DNA from: Selaginella moellendorffii
Taxonomy: Eukaryota; Plantae; Lycopodiophyta
Assembly (NCBI RefSeq): GCF_000143415.4
Contig: NW_003314347.1
Coordinates: 519,438-583,437 of the forward strand
Direction of reading: 5' to 3'
DNA length: 64,000 nt
This document shows positions 1-12,799 of the stretch, in pieces. Positions within the stretch are counted from its first letter, which is position 1. Each line of letters begins with the position of its first letter. Under the pieces are notes generated by a model. It searched no databases. It saw only the letters and a program-made list of their open reading frames with translations, and was not told where the DNA came from. The position numbers and the translations under genes were made by a program.

Positions 1-1733
1 TAGTAACCTCCACAAAATTACTCAAGTGTTTCACACTAAGAGTCTCTTTCAGAAATTTTCTTTTGATACTTTTCAAAGTACCATATAATTACCCAACAAT
101 GCTAGCAATATCCACAGTTTCAACTTTAAAAGATTTTGTTCAAACTATTTAATTCCAGAAGTATATTAGGTAGCATATGAATAAATGATCAATCTTTTTA
201 AAACTTCCCCATGAAATAATCAACGTACACTGTGGATTTGAAGCATACCTAATGTAAATATATTTATAGCATCTTCTAGAGGCCTAAAAGCCATGACTCT
301 TTTTCTAAAAGTATGCAACCATTTATAAATTTGATTGCATAGCTTTTGAACAATCATAAGTTTAAAAAATGCATGCACAACTTCAATAGCCACTAAACTT
401 TATTTATGTGTTAAGTAATGCACTCCAAGCAAGTGTGGAATGTTATGTTTCAATATTGTCACTAGACCAAATTATTTTCCAACCATAATAAAAGCTCCAT
501 CAGTTTCAATAACAACACATTTTCCCTTTTTAAAGTTCATTTCTTCCAAAACCTTTTTGATGGCTTCATATTTATTTACAACCTTTAGTTACCATCAATT
601 TGAAAAAGTAAGTTTTATTCAGACTTTTTTCTTTTTCTTGCATATGGAAAGAGATGTATATGATAAGATGAGATTCCAAACTTTTATCAGTATTGTTATC
701 CACCATAATAGAAAAGTAAGGACTAGCTCAAATATTTTGGCAAACATCTTTCCATCACATATCTTTTTTGCATTTTACAAACTTTTTTCCACTCATAGCA
801 TTCATATAAGCCTTATACTCTATGGTGATTGGCATATAGGGCATTTCTATAAACCTATTAAATTCACACAAAGATTTATAGCTTTGTAAAGGTAATCCTT
901 TATTCACAATGAAGTACATGTGTTGCATTAAGGAAATCAATTTATTTTTGTGTTGATCTTTTTGAGCAGTAATATATTTAAGGATAGATAACCCTTTCTT
1001 TTTTCTTTACTTCCCAAATAACTATAGCTAATTGATGTTATTTGGAATTATTATGCTATTTTAAAATTGGTTTTTGAAAAGTCAAAGAACCATCCTTACC
1101 AAAAAAATTATACTTTTTAGCATATACATATATCATACATTTTATTTTTTAATTGCCTTCAACATCTATCACAAGATACACCCAAGGAAAACTAAGTTTC
1201 CACTCAATTCTGAATGTTTTATTCTTTTTCCTCTTTTTATTGGTTGTAGTATTAGTTTCTTTTTCTGTTGTTGAAAGATCTTCATCCTCTGATCTAATTT
1301 TAAATCCTTCACCAAAAAGGGAATTATAAAGCTTTTGCCTTGCAATATTTTGTTAATTTATATTTTTTTTTTCCCTCTCATAGGCAATAGCAAAAAATGC
1401 TTCAATCCTATGTTGTTGCTGTCACTATCGCTGCTTTCCCATTTGCCCTAGTCCTAATCCATGTCAACTTCATTGAATTCAGGTGGTTAGACATCAGGAT
1501 ATTTTTACAATATTTTTAATAATATTAGATAGAATATTATCTATACTGCAATGTAAGAATTTTCTTTGCCCTGCAAGTGGCAACTAAAATATTTCTATAC
1601 TTCATTAGTACAAAGTGAAAATTGAACATTTCTTTCAAATAGCAAGGCAAATTAGAAATCAGTCTTCAAATGCAAGGTAAACATGCCTTTGCAGGGCTTT
1701 GCAGGGCTTTGTAGGGTGGAAATTTGAGGCCTA
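1..1733 (-). mobile_element. hAT DNA transposon relic, short type, cut by the window edge
   Basis: Near-identical to 17154-18886. Ends in TIR tggaaatttgaggccta followed by target-site copy cattgtct. Contains decayed transposase frames. Confidence 0.8.
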
Positions 1734-2181
1734 CATTGTCTCCCTAAATGTGATTTGGGTGCCATAGTTCTAAAGAGATTGTTGCTATAGAAGAGCTTAC
1801 AAGGATGTTGAGATATTGCTGTAAGTTCCTTCATGCACTTCACAGTGATAGTAAATGCCTTGTGATGGCATCTTAAACTCGTACCATGGCATCTGCATTG
1901 CCAGTTCAAAGATTAAATGGCCCACAACCAAGAACAAAGTGAAGAAAATGAGAAAACTCTAAGAATGTTGCTGTCCCCTTAAGTTTCTCTGGCCATAAAT
2001 TCGCTGCTACAATAGCTTATGTCCTTTCTACGCTTTAAGTTTCAGTGCCCGTAGCGGATAGATGTCGTTTGGACACTGTTGACCACAATTGACTATCGTT
2101 GACCAATGGACCGTTGACTTGGCTGACTATGCTGGGTTCGATTCCTGCGCTGGGCGATATTGCCAGGGCTAGGGTTCTTCG

Positions 2182-2846
2182 ATGGGGCTCAAGCTGCGAG
2201 CAGTGCCGATCACGGAGGATAATTTCCGGCCTTGGCCAGCTCCTGGGAAAGATCGGCGACGGATGCGAGTATGGATCGGGAGACGCGCAGCTCAATCTCG
2301 CGAATGGGATTCCCAGGTAGTGCAGGCAAAATGTGGCCGAAATTTCCAGCGGCTCGGTAGTGATTGAGTGAGTGATGGTTCCTTTGCGCAGATTCTACCT
2401 CATGGAGCTCAAGAAAACGGGGCTGCGATTCAAAAGGATAACGCATCACGCCAGGGTCACGCAGTGTCTGGGATCAGTGGGAGCTCATCCTTGGTACATG
2501 GCGGTCTCTCTTCCCAGCATTGTGGATCCTTCATCGCAACACGAGGGCGCTGTTCGATCCAACGCTGGTGGCCACTCCTATTTACCTCCCTCTCATGCAA
2601 GCGTCCAGGTTTTCAAGATAGATGGTCCTCGCTTCATCAAGCTAAACGAAGGAACTTGGCACGCTGGTCCTCTCTTTGGCGATCGAGATTCGATGGTCTT
2701 CTACAACTTGGAGCTCAGTGACACCAACGTAAAATCATTCGATCGAGCTTGTAGTTACCATGACTTATGTTTTCTCCTTTTTCTTGTTGCAGGTTGTGGA
2801 TCACACTACCCACGTGTTTGAGGACGACGTACTGATCGAAGATTGA
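2182..2846 (+). pseudogene. Ureidoglycolate hydrolase/lyase-like (cupin-type) gene, copy 1, with a frameshift in exon 1
   Basis: Three exons with motifs LRAVPITEDNF, GIPRFYLMEL, HARVTQCLGS, IKLNEGTWHAGPLF and FYNLELSDTNV. A 2-nt deletion (cggccttggcc versus cggccttttggcc in copies 2 and 4) lies at ~2231. Confidence 0.8.
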
Positions 2847-3049
2847 GGTACAGAGCCTTGGCATTTCATGTGATATTCGAGCGTGATTTTTGTGCTAGGT
2901 GCTGGCGAGCTGAAACACTTTTTTTGCGTGTCTAGAAAAGCAAATGGTGGAAATGAAACAAGTTCTTTGCGAGCTAAGAATTTCATGTCCCTTGCCATCA
3001 AGTTGTCGAGGAGCTCCTTTTGTGCCTCGGGACACTGACTAGTAGTTGA

Positions 3050-3365
3050 AGGATGTACAAGATGAGGCTGATGATCCTGGTCGGAAGAAAATTTACGAAC
3101 GGGATGACTCCCACAGACCATGGCGTCAACTCCCTGGTATAAATCTTTCTTAATTGAACTGTAACACTGTTAGAATTCTGTGCAGGGTGCTGATTATGGT
3201 CGAAAGCCTGCTTTGTCGAACACGAGCGAACGGATGCTGAGAGTATTCATGTAATTTGCCTCCTGCCAGTCCAGCTTGCTACTTCCGCCAAGAACTCGGG
3301 TTACCTCAGTCAACAGCAAGATGGAAATGTTCCAGAAGTCTTTCTTCTTCATGTCGGTCACAAAC
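3050..3365 (-). pseudogene. Diverged fragment of the TM-ARM gene N-terminus
   Basis: KKDFWNISILLLTE.TRVLGGSSELDWQEANY and PTRIISLILYILQL align to the N-terminal part of the adjacent ARM gene. Frameshifted. Confidence 0.75.
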
Positions 3366-3798
3366 TCGAGCGGTGGATGATATCCTTTGAAAGGTTTTGC
3401 TGCTCCTGAAACTTATTGTTATTTCAGCTCTTCGTGGTTCTGATTTTAATAATCTAACTTTCGTGACAGCGGAAAAGTACGAACTCTATGCTTGGAAAGT
3501 TTCAAATCAGTGTGGAGTACAATTTCAGAAAGGAGATCTTCTATGCAGTGAAGGAAGCTTTATTTTTCATGTTGATTAATGTTTTCTTTCCTATTTAGAG
3601 TTCTGTTAGTGAATTACAATTGCGTGAGCGAAGTTGCTGCGACTTCAGATCTCCTTTGAAGTAAGCTGCTTCATTTTTGGATGTTGATTGATTTTTTTCT
3701 TTCTTTTTTTAGAGTTTACGTGAGCAAGTTGCTGAAACTGAATTTGTATTTTTACAATCGAGGTATGATTTTTGGTTTTTTTTTTGGAAAAGGTGAAG

Positions 3799-6291
3799 CT
3801 ACAGCCTATGTAAGTTCAATAGGGCGCTGTTGACGAGCTCCTCGAGGCTTCTGGAATGCTTCGTAAGTCCCACAAAACCCGAAAACGTTAAGAAGTTTTC
3901 TTCGTCTGAGGCAGTCGCTGACATTGCTTCCAGGGACGCCTCCACTTCACCGTCTTCTCTAAAACGTCGCAAGAACCTGGCGTCCTTTGCCATCAAGCTG
4001 TTCAGAAGCTCTACGCTATATCGCCGGATACGATTCAAGCTCCTAGAAGGTGCTGTCTGGGATAGAAGCTCTGTGATTTTTTCGCAAAGCCGTGATTGTT
4101 GCGATAGCACGCCTTGTTCAAAGTTACGTGTGTCGAGCCAGGGGATTATGGCTGCTGCCAAACCGATGGCTGCCTGCTGTTCCTTGTCCGTGGATTCCAG
4201 CACCATCTGGATGATGCGAGATATGGCTGCTCCAAGCTCCAACTTTTCTTCGTCGTTAAGGTCACCGCACAAGCTTCGCAAAATTGTGGCTGCATGGACT
4301 CCAACTGGCTTGGTGAGCATGTTGATCAAGTTCTTGAGGGTCTTGCTAACGCCACCTTTTCTGTAGCTTTTGTGCATGAGGAGCCTCGAGCAATTGTTGG
4401 GACACTGGAGAACGAGCACAACTATGGCTTCCCCGGCTCCAATGGCGATGGTCAACTTGTTTGGTGCGGTTTCTCTCGCAAATATGGCCATCAAGCTTTG
4501 GATAACTCCTCCAGTCGCGCCAATGCAATCTCTAAGCTCGTCCTCGGTTGCTAGCAGCTTGATCACGTCTACTGCCAGGTTTTGTAGCTCCAAATCTTCG
4601 AGATTGCATATCCTTTGAAGACTTCTTACTGCTGACACTACCGAAACTATCTTCTTTCGCAGTGACCGTCCAGAATCTCCTCCCACGCGAGCCAATGTCC
4701 TCAAAAGCTCGAGTGATCGACGGAATACTTCTCTCGACGTTTGTGCTCTGGGGAAGTGCCAGTCTTCGTCTTGGATAAATTCAACCAGGATGGAGATAAG
4801 TCCGCTGGTGTTACCGATTCGCACGCATATCCTGTGGTCCACGGCTAGCCCGTTGAGGATAGTGAGTCTGTAGCTCTTTTCTTCTAGCACTTCCTCCTCT
4901 CTTGCGGCTAAAAGAGCAGTGAGGGCCTCCAGGGATCCAGGGATAGCGGAAATCCTGAAGCAGTTACGGCGGTGACGAACCAGGTGCTTGATTACTATGG
5001 TTGCAGCTTTCCTGATTTCGGCCTCACTAGGATCCTTCCAGGTGATCATCTCTAAGAGTCTCTCCACAACTCCGGGCGTGGTACCAATCCTCCGTCGCGT
5101 TTCTTTTATTGAATCTCCTTTTGAGACAAGAGCTGACAGTATGTTGACGCTACCGAGCTGCTCTTCCCTTATGCTTGACTGCAGCTTCTCGACGGTGAAA
5201 TCGATAAGGTCCATTCCCAGGCCATCAAACACGCTTCCGTTCAGCGATCGTGAGTACAATGTGTACCAGTACTGCTTCATGGTTTCAATGTCGACTTGAT
5301 CAAGCTCACACGTTCGAGTGACTACTTCCAGCAACCTCTGGTAACGAAGCTTGAATTCCCAATATGCTCTCTCCAGGAGGAATAGCGACGTTTCTGCCAG
5401 CATCATCGCGTAAAACACCGTAAGTGCTTGCTCAGTGTTTTTTCCTTGGGCATTGAAGCCGTGCTCGGCAAGTCGATATACTGAGAAACATACGGTGACT
5501 GTTGCAGAAGCAAGCTGGAGCAAGTACATGAAAAGGCTGATGATCCTGGTGGGGAGGAACTTTACATACGGCAGGAGCGGGACGCTTCCCACGGACCAAG
5601 TTCTTCGGGCACCGAATCCCTGGTATAAATCTTTCTTTACTGGTTTTTTGGAAAGTCGATCTCTGCTAACGTTCTGTTCAGGGTGGTCACGGTCGAAGGC
5701 TGCAGAGAACGTCTGCCTTAATCTGGCGCTCTTGTCGAACAGGAACGATCTGAAGCCGAGAATTCCCAAGCTGTAATTTGCCTGCTGCCATTCCAACTCG
5801 CTACTTCGACTGAAAACCCGCGTTCCTTCAGTCAGCAGCACGGCCGATATCGTCCAAAAGTCTTTGGCCTGAATGTTGCTCACGAATCCACCGAGGAGAA
5901 CAACAGTTGCCCAGACGAAGGCCAGTTTCCCGAGGCCAGTGGCGAACTTTTCAAGAACTGCGAGCCTGAAAGCTATCAGATTGAGACGCTGCTCTGGTGA
6001 TTGGGAATTAGCTGAAGGCTGGGCAGTGGAAGACTGCTGCCCTCGTCGTCTTAAATAACTCCATTTCACTGGAGCTGAAGGCTTGGGAGTGGAAGACTGC
6101 TGCTCGACTTCCGGATGTGGAGAAAAAACCGACCACAACTCACTGGTGTTGAGGGTTCTAGTGCCTGAAGGTGGAGAAGGTGGAGTAGCGAGAGCAGAGC
6201 CGGAAGAAGGAACTTGAATGGTTATCTCGTCCGCAAAGTGAACGGTACTCTTGGGGGCACCGGCAGACTGTCTGCTGTTCCTCGAATCCAT
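3799..6291 (-). CDS. Transmembrane + ARM-repeat protein (BLE2-like plant family), copy 1, intact and intronless, ~830 aa
   Basis: Open frame. PEQRLNLIAFRLAVLEKFATGLGKLAFVWATVVLLGGF..DFW..LLTEGTRVFSRSSELEWQ is followed by hydrophobic helices and then helical repeats (IGTTPGVVERLL, IGNTSGLISILV, IGATGGVIQSLM). Start taken at the ATG shared with copy 4; an in-frame ATG also lies at 6318. Confidence 0.85.
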   Translation of the reverse strand: MDSRNSRQSAGAPKSTVHFADEITIQVPSSGSALATPPSPPSGTRTLNTSELWSVFSPHPEVEQQSSTPKPSAPVKWSYLRRRGQQSSTAQPSANSQSPEQRLNLIAFRLAVLEKFATGLGKLAFVWATVVLLGGFVSNIQAKDFWTISAVLLTEGTRVFSRSSELEWQQANYSLGILGFRSFLFDKSARLRQTFSAAFDRDHPEQNVSRDRLSKKPVKKDLYQGFGARRTWSVGSVPLLPYVKFLPTRIISLFMYLLQLASATVTVCFSVYRLAEHGFNAQGKNTEQALTVFYAMMLAETSLFLLERAYWEFKLRYQRLLEVVTRTCELDQVDIETMKQYWYTLYSRSLNGSVFDGLGMDLIDFTVEKLQSSIREEQLGSVNILSALVSKGDSIKETRRRIGTTPGVVERLLEMITWKDPSEAEIRKAATIVIKHLVRHRRNCFRISAIPGSLEALTALLAAREEEVLEEKSYRLTILNGLAVDHRICVRIGNTSGLISILVEFIQDEDWHFPRAQTSREVFRRSLELLRTLARVGGDSGRSLRKKIVSVVSAVRSLQRICNLEDLELQNLAVDVIKLLATEDELRDCIGATGGVIQSLMAIFARETAPNKLTIAIGAGEAIVVLVLQCPNNCSRLLMHKSYRKGGVSKTLKNLINMLTKPVGVHAATILRSLCGDLNDEEKLELGAAISRIIQMVLESTDKEQQAAIGLAAAIIPWLDTRNFEQGVLSQQSRLCEKITELLSQTAPSRSLNRIRRYSVELLNSLMAKDARFLRRFREDGEVEASLEAMSATASDEENFLTFSGFVGLTKHSRSLEELVNSALLNLHRL

Positions 6292-7352
6292 GTTTAGTGT
6301 TCGAGGAGTTCTGGGCATTTGAGGAGGCAGCTGTTGCGTGGGTCCAGCTAAGACTGGTGACCGTGGTATTGACGACTTCAAAGCCGCTTGAATGTCTTTC
6401 TCATGTTGCTGGCATAAGCAAGTAAGCTAGAGACAAGGAGTGGAATGAGATTTGGGATGAAAAAATATTCATGAGAAAAGAACAAAGCTTGAATTTTTTG
6501 ACCCCTCAACGAAAGGAAGCTAAAGACTCGTATAGGGATCTACAAAACCTGTGCCATGCTTGTCCCGCCATGCAAACATCACTCCCTTTCTTGCTCGTTA
6601 AATCGCGGTAGGATCTCTCAAGAACATGACCACTATACTGTTGATGACTATCGCTACAGTAGGATGGACTTTGTGGTATAGCTTGGGCTGGTGCTCTCCA
6701 CAGAAGCAGCACGAACTACACAGGAGGAAGAAAGAAAAAGTAGAGAAGAAAGCGAAGAAGAATCAATGAAGAAGACGAAGAAAGGAGCTAATTACTGCTG
6801 TCCGTGAAGATGAGTGGAGAGCAACTTCAAAGAGCTAAAACTTTCACACGACAAACGGTCAGACGGGAAACTGGAGCGATCTGGCACTAGTGCTGCGATT
6901 CCAGATCGATCAATGTTGTTTGACAACAATGATCTGACACACACAAGACTGTTTTCTTCGTCGGTAAAGCCCTTTCTACTGTTGCACAACAAACTATCGC
7001 ACAGCCGTGGAAGGGAATAATAGTATATAGAAACCTGTTGTATCTTGTATTGCTCTATAAATTCTCCATAAAGTTAAAAGCTTCTTCTTCCAGGCCTAGA
7101 GAAAAGTCGGCTTCAAACACGCGGCATGGCCATCTTTTAGTGTGTACTGTGCAGAACTCTCCCTTTCAACCAGGTCTTATAGTTTGCCACTTACTTGGGA
7201 AAGAAAAAACTGGATATTTCTTCTCACATAGTGATGTTTCTATTGTATACTTAAGAACCTTGTGTTGGCTCAAGGAGTAGTACTATGAAGTGGTGTAACG
7301 AATGCAAAGCTTGGACAGGGCAGACTGCTACTGAACACTATTGCCACTGCCA

Positions 7353-10300
7353 CAAGCCTCAAATTTGCAGGGCAATTAAGTTTAGCATTTTGCAGGGATT
7401 TTAAATAAATAAGGCTACATATAAAAATATAATATGTACTTCTAATGTTGAAATTGTTTAATTTTCTTATATTAACACTTGATCATGATCCTACACATTT
7501 ATAAAACTAAGTCAACCCACATCACTTGGTGTTGGGTTTCATATATTATAGTGATATTTAAATATGCCATCTAATATATTCTAGTTTAATATTTAAATTT
7601 ATAAAACAGAATAAGTTTAGGTAAAGTTGATTAATTTATTAGTAAAGCATTAAAAATAAAGCTGTTCACTTAAAAATAAATATTCACTCAACCTGACAAA
7701 CATACCGACCAACATGAAACCAGAATTCAAATCTTTGGCAGTTTTGGATGTTGATCTAGTGATGCCACCAAAGATATACATCATTTATCATGGGTACAAC
7801 TTGTCATTGGTTAAATTAGCAAGAACACTATGCATTGCCATCTGGATAACATAAAATCTTTTGATACCACACTTCCTAACAAGAGATAGAACCTACTGTC
7901 AAAGTTTGGTCAGCACTCAACACCGAATGTCCCAATCTTTGCACCTATGAATTGTAAAGAAAGTAAAAAACTTACCATTTTGGTGGCCATGTGAATCTGC
8001 CACAATGAGAAGAATGTAAGCTGCTTCTCTGATGCCAGTGGTTGAGAAACTACATGCCAAGCAATTCTTCAATATGGTGCCCAACATAATCCTCCCAATA
8101 GAAAGATCACAAAGAATGTCACCATCCAAGCATAAATTTAAGCTAAGGATCAATTGCCACAGCTACTGCTGCAAGCTTGTGGTTTAGACATGTTGCTAGA
8201 GGCATCAGACCACCATACTGTCGAAGCAACTTTGCCTTGAATCCAAAGAAACAAAACAAAACAAAATAAAAATGAAGAAGAGAGAAAAAAAGTATCTGCA
8301 ATCTTAGTGACTCTCCTAAAATCTTTCCATCGCTAGTGACTTGATAAGAAGTTTGAGAAAATGCAATCTCACTATAAGAAAATCAACTTACAACAGCAGC
8401 TCCAGTGGCATCATAGCTCATCTCAATTCCCAAAATAGGTAGCAAACCAGTAGCTATAGTGAGAAAATAAGGGTGTCATGTAGGAATTTGCACATTTGGG
8501 ATGAAATTGTGAGGTGCCATTGCCAGGGATTGGCAAGAGCACATGCCAAAGCTCACAAGACCTTAAATTGAGGGAAAGAAATTCACATATTAAGCTTGAA
8601 TCACAACTTAAAGGCACCAATAGTCAGGTTTGCTATCACAGTAAACACTCTCCACTAAACTTTAGAACTTACCTTCTCAATTTCAAAGGGTCTCCATTAC
8701 AAAAGGTTGAATGTTAATACCGGTTAACACTTTACATGTGATATGTTGCCTAGCAAATGCTAAGTGAGTATAAAAATCAATAATTTTATACTGTTTTTTC
8801 CTTCTGATATCTCTATATACACACACAATACTATATAACATAGACCATATATTTAGAATATTAATATATCCCTAAAGTGAGAAAAGAAAAATTAGTAAGT
8901 AAATATTAGTAATAAATATAATATATGCAAAGTACTACTTGGGAATATGAATATATTTAGAATATTAAAATTTTATGAAACTTAATACAAGGAAATGACC
9001 AACAAAGTTAGCCGCCCTTGCTACTCTGGGAGTCACCCAGCTTACAAAAGTGTAAAAACAAAAATTGTTAAGAATAACTCTTTTATAGTTATTAGATTAT
9101 AAATATATTTAGTCAAAAAAATTAAATGAAGAATTACTAAAAAATATTTTTCTTAATTAGATGTTACATGTAAAGTATGTTTTTACTTGGAGTCAAACAA
9201 ATTTAGAATCCTGAAATGGTAAAAAACTAATATATTAATACCCAGACTAAAATAAAAGTAAAGAAGAATTACTAAGATTAACTATTATTAATTTGGGAAA
9301 GCATTATTTAATTATTATGTGCTTACTTGGAATATGAATAAATATATAACTAAAACTTTAAGAACATTAATATATTACTCAGATCCTATAGAGGATTGCT
9401 CAATTAAAAAAAAACAGCACTATTGAAAAATTAAAGTCTAACCTAGAAATAAAAAATTATATATACCCTTAAACTCAAAAATATTAAGAACACTAATACT
9501 ACTATGCAGACCCAAGTAAAATTAAGAAAAGAATTACAAAAAATAAATAATATACATATTAAACACAAACTATAAATTCAAAACCTAATAAACTATATTT
9601 GTTCTTAGTCAAAAGATTTATAAACGTGTTTAATGGTAACTGTCAACCTCATGTTTGAAATGTAAGTTTCATGCCCATATATAATTGCTGTAATTGCCCA
9701 ATCAATATATCATCAATACATGATTACAAAGAAGAAAAATGTATGAGAGGCTAAATGGCATCTTCCAGTTCCTCTCCAGTGCTCACCTCTGTCGTCACTA
9801 GTGGAGGCGCTGGGGGCTCGCATCCTATGGTGGATCTAGAGCCTGCAGCTCCAGATCTGCTGCTGGTGCCTGTTCTTGCGGGGATTGGGAGCCTCAACTT
9901 CACTGGCCATTTACTCGCTCTCCTTTAGGGCTATGCCCTTTCCCTAAAGCAGCGGTAGAGATCTTCCATGCCAGGAGCAACAGTGGCGAGACTGTAGAAA
10001 GGCATCCCATTAAGCTCTGGATCTACTGCTGGCACTTGTTCCCATGGAGATTGCTGTGGCGATTGAGGGAGATCTTTGGGTGGGAGATCTCTACCTGGGA
10101 GATCTGGGAGCTGCAGCTTCACTAACCATTTACTTGAGCGCATTGCTCTCTAATTTCAGGAAAGACACAATCTAGTCAACACTTTGCATGTGCCACATGT
10201 CACAATGCTTTTTTCTCTTGCCCCACACAGCTTGGCCGCCTCCCATTGGCCGAGAGCAAACATCAGCACGATTATTCACTAAGACATGGTTAAAGAAATA

Positions 10301-12362
10301 ACCCCTTTACAGTTACCCCCCATCGGACGGCTGCAATTGGCTGAATCCGGCGGCCCAGAAAGTTTGGCACTCCCACTTTATTATGATAGATTCTTTGGGC
10401 TGAACAATTTTGTAGCATTGAACATGCCTATATCCTTTTTTATTCTGGCTAGCATATCAATGTATAGTTTCTAAACACACTCTTTGTTTAAATCTAAGCA
10501 AGAGCTCATGCTCCCATCTCTTTTGCTCTCTGGAATAGGAGTATAATTTAAGGCATGTTTATGTTATTCCCCTTTAGTATCTATAAACTTGATAAATTCA
10601 TCTTTAGTAGCCTCCACAAAATTAAGTGTTTCACACCAAAAGTCTCTTTTAGAAATTTTCTTCTGATACTTTTCAAAGTACCATTTAAATACCTAGCAAT
10701 GCTAGCAATATCCACAATTTTAACTTTGAAAGATTTTGTTCAGACTATTCAATTTTAGAAGTATATCAGATAGCATATGAATAGCAAATTGCATTGTGTA
10801 ATTTGTCAAAAATTGATATATCTTCATAGAAGAGAATTAAAATTCTATAAGAAGACTTGGTATTATGATGTTCATTTTCTTTAAGACTTTCTCATGAGAT
10901 AACTAATGTACACCGTGGATTTGAAGTATACCAAATGCAAATATATTCATAGCATCTTCTAGAGGCTTAAAAGTTATAACTCTTTTTCTAGAAGTATGCA
11001 ACTATTTATAAATTTGATTGCACAACTTTTGAACAACCACAAACTTAAGAAATGTATACACAATTTCAATAGCCACTAAACTTTATCTATGCACTAAGTA
11101 ATGCACTCCAAGCAAGTGTGGAATGTTATGTTTCAATCCTGTCATTAGGCTAAATTGTTCTTTAACCATAATAAAAGCTCCATCAGTTTTAATAGCAACA
11201 CATTTTCCCTTTTTAAGGTTCATTTCTTCCAAAACCTTTTGATGGCCTCATATTTACTTACAGCCTTTAGTTACCATCAATTTCAAAAAACAAGTTTTAT
11301 TCGGACTTTTTTCTTCTTCTTGCATATGGAAAGAGATGTATATGATAAGATGAGCTTTCAAACTTCTATTAGTATTGTTATCCACTATAATAGAAAATTA
11401 AGGACTAGCTTGAATATCTTGGCAAACATCTTTCCATCACACATTTTTTATGCATTTTAAAAACTTTTTCTCACTCATAGCATTTACACAAGTCCTATAC
11501 TCTATGGTGATTAGCATATAGGGCATTCCCATAAACCTGCTAAATTCACACAAAGATTTATAGCTTTGTAAAGGTAATCCCTTATTCACAATGAAGTACA
11601 TATGTTGCATTAAGGAAATCAATTTGTTCTTGTATTGATTTTCTTGAGTAGTAACATATTTAGGGATAGATAACCCTTTCTTTTTCTTTGTTTCCCAAAT
11701 AACCATAACTAGTTGATGTTGTTTAGAATTGTTATGCTTTTTTAAAATTGATTTTTGAAGAGTCAAAGAACCATCTATACTAAAAGGATTATCTTTTTAG
11801 CATATACATATGCCGTACATTTTATTCTTTGCTTGCCTTCAACATCCACTATAAAATACACCCAAGGAAAATTGAATTTCCACTCAATTTTGAATGTTCT
11901 ATTCTTTTTCCTTTTTTGATTAGTTGAAGTATTAGTTTTTTCTTTTGTTGTTGAAAGATCTTCATCCTCTAATCTAATTTTAAGTCTTTTACCAAAAAGG
12001 GAATCATGAAGCTCTTGCCTTGCAATATTTTGCTAATTTATCTTTCTTTTCTCCCTCCCATACACAATAGCAAAGAATGCTTCAATCCCATGTTATTGCT
12101 GTCAACTTCATTGAATTCAGGTGGTTAGACACCAGGATATTCTTACAATATTCTAATAATATTCAATAGAATATTATCTGTACTGCAATGTGCGAATTTT
12201 CTTTGCCCTGCAAGTGGCAACACTAAAATATTTCTATACTTCATTAGTGCAAAGTGAAAATTGAACAATTCTTTCAAGTAGCAAGGCAAATTAGAAATTA
12301 GTCTTCAAATGCAAGGTAAACATGCCTTTGCAAGGCTTTGCAAGGTGCAAATTTGAGACCTG
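7353..12362 (-). mobile_element. hAT transposon relic, long type carrying a 3 kb insert
   Basis: TIRs caagcctcaaatttgca / tgcaaatttgagacctg with 8-bp flanks cactgcca / cattgtca. Transposase fragments at 10391-12060. Confidence 0.8.
7376..10390 (-). mobile_element. Putative Helitron-like insert nested in the hAT (only the 5' terminus is recognisable)
   Basis: The minus-strand end reads TCTATCATAATAAAG and sits at an A|T site relative to the empty site at ~16939. No CTRR/hairpin end was found, and ~565 bp of host sequence is missing on that side. Confidence 0.4.
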
Positions 12363-12799
12363 CATTGTCATCCCTAAATGTGATTTGGGTGCCACAGTTC
12401 TAAAGAGACTGCTGCTATCGGAGAGCTTACGGGGATGTTGAGATATTGCTGTAAGTTCCTTCATGCACTTCATAGTGATAGTAAATGCCTTGTGATGGCA
12501 TCTTAAACTCGTACCGTGGCATCTGCATTGCCAGTTCAAAGATTAAATAGCCCACAACCAAGAACAAAGTGAAGAAAATGAGAAAACTCTAAGAATGTTG
12601 CTGTCCCCTTAAGTTTCTCTGGCCATAAATTCGCTGCTACAATAGCTTATATCCTTTCTACGCTTTAAGTTTCAGTGCCCGTAGCGGATAGATGTCGTTT
12701 GGACACTGTTGACCACAATTGACTATCGTTGACCAATGGACCGTTGAATGGTTTGTCTTTGCTGACTATGCTGGATATTGCCAGGGCTAGGGTTCTTCG

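Noticed and set aside
440-1909. Repeated short ORFs in the hAT region as small genes
   Set aside because: AT-rich antisense or broken frames of a decayed transposase, many starting at non-ATG codons.
3830-6058. Conserved plus-strand ORFs (178, 146, 113 and 103 aa) repeated in each unit
   Set aside because: They are antisense shadows of the ARM coding sequence, conserved only because the DNA is duplicated.
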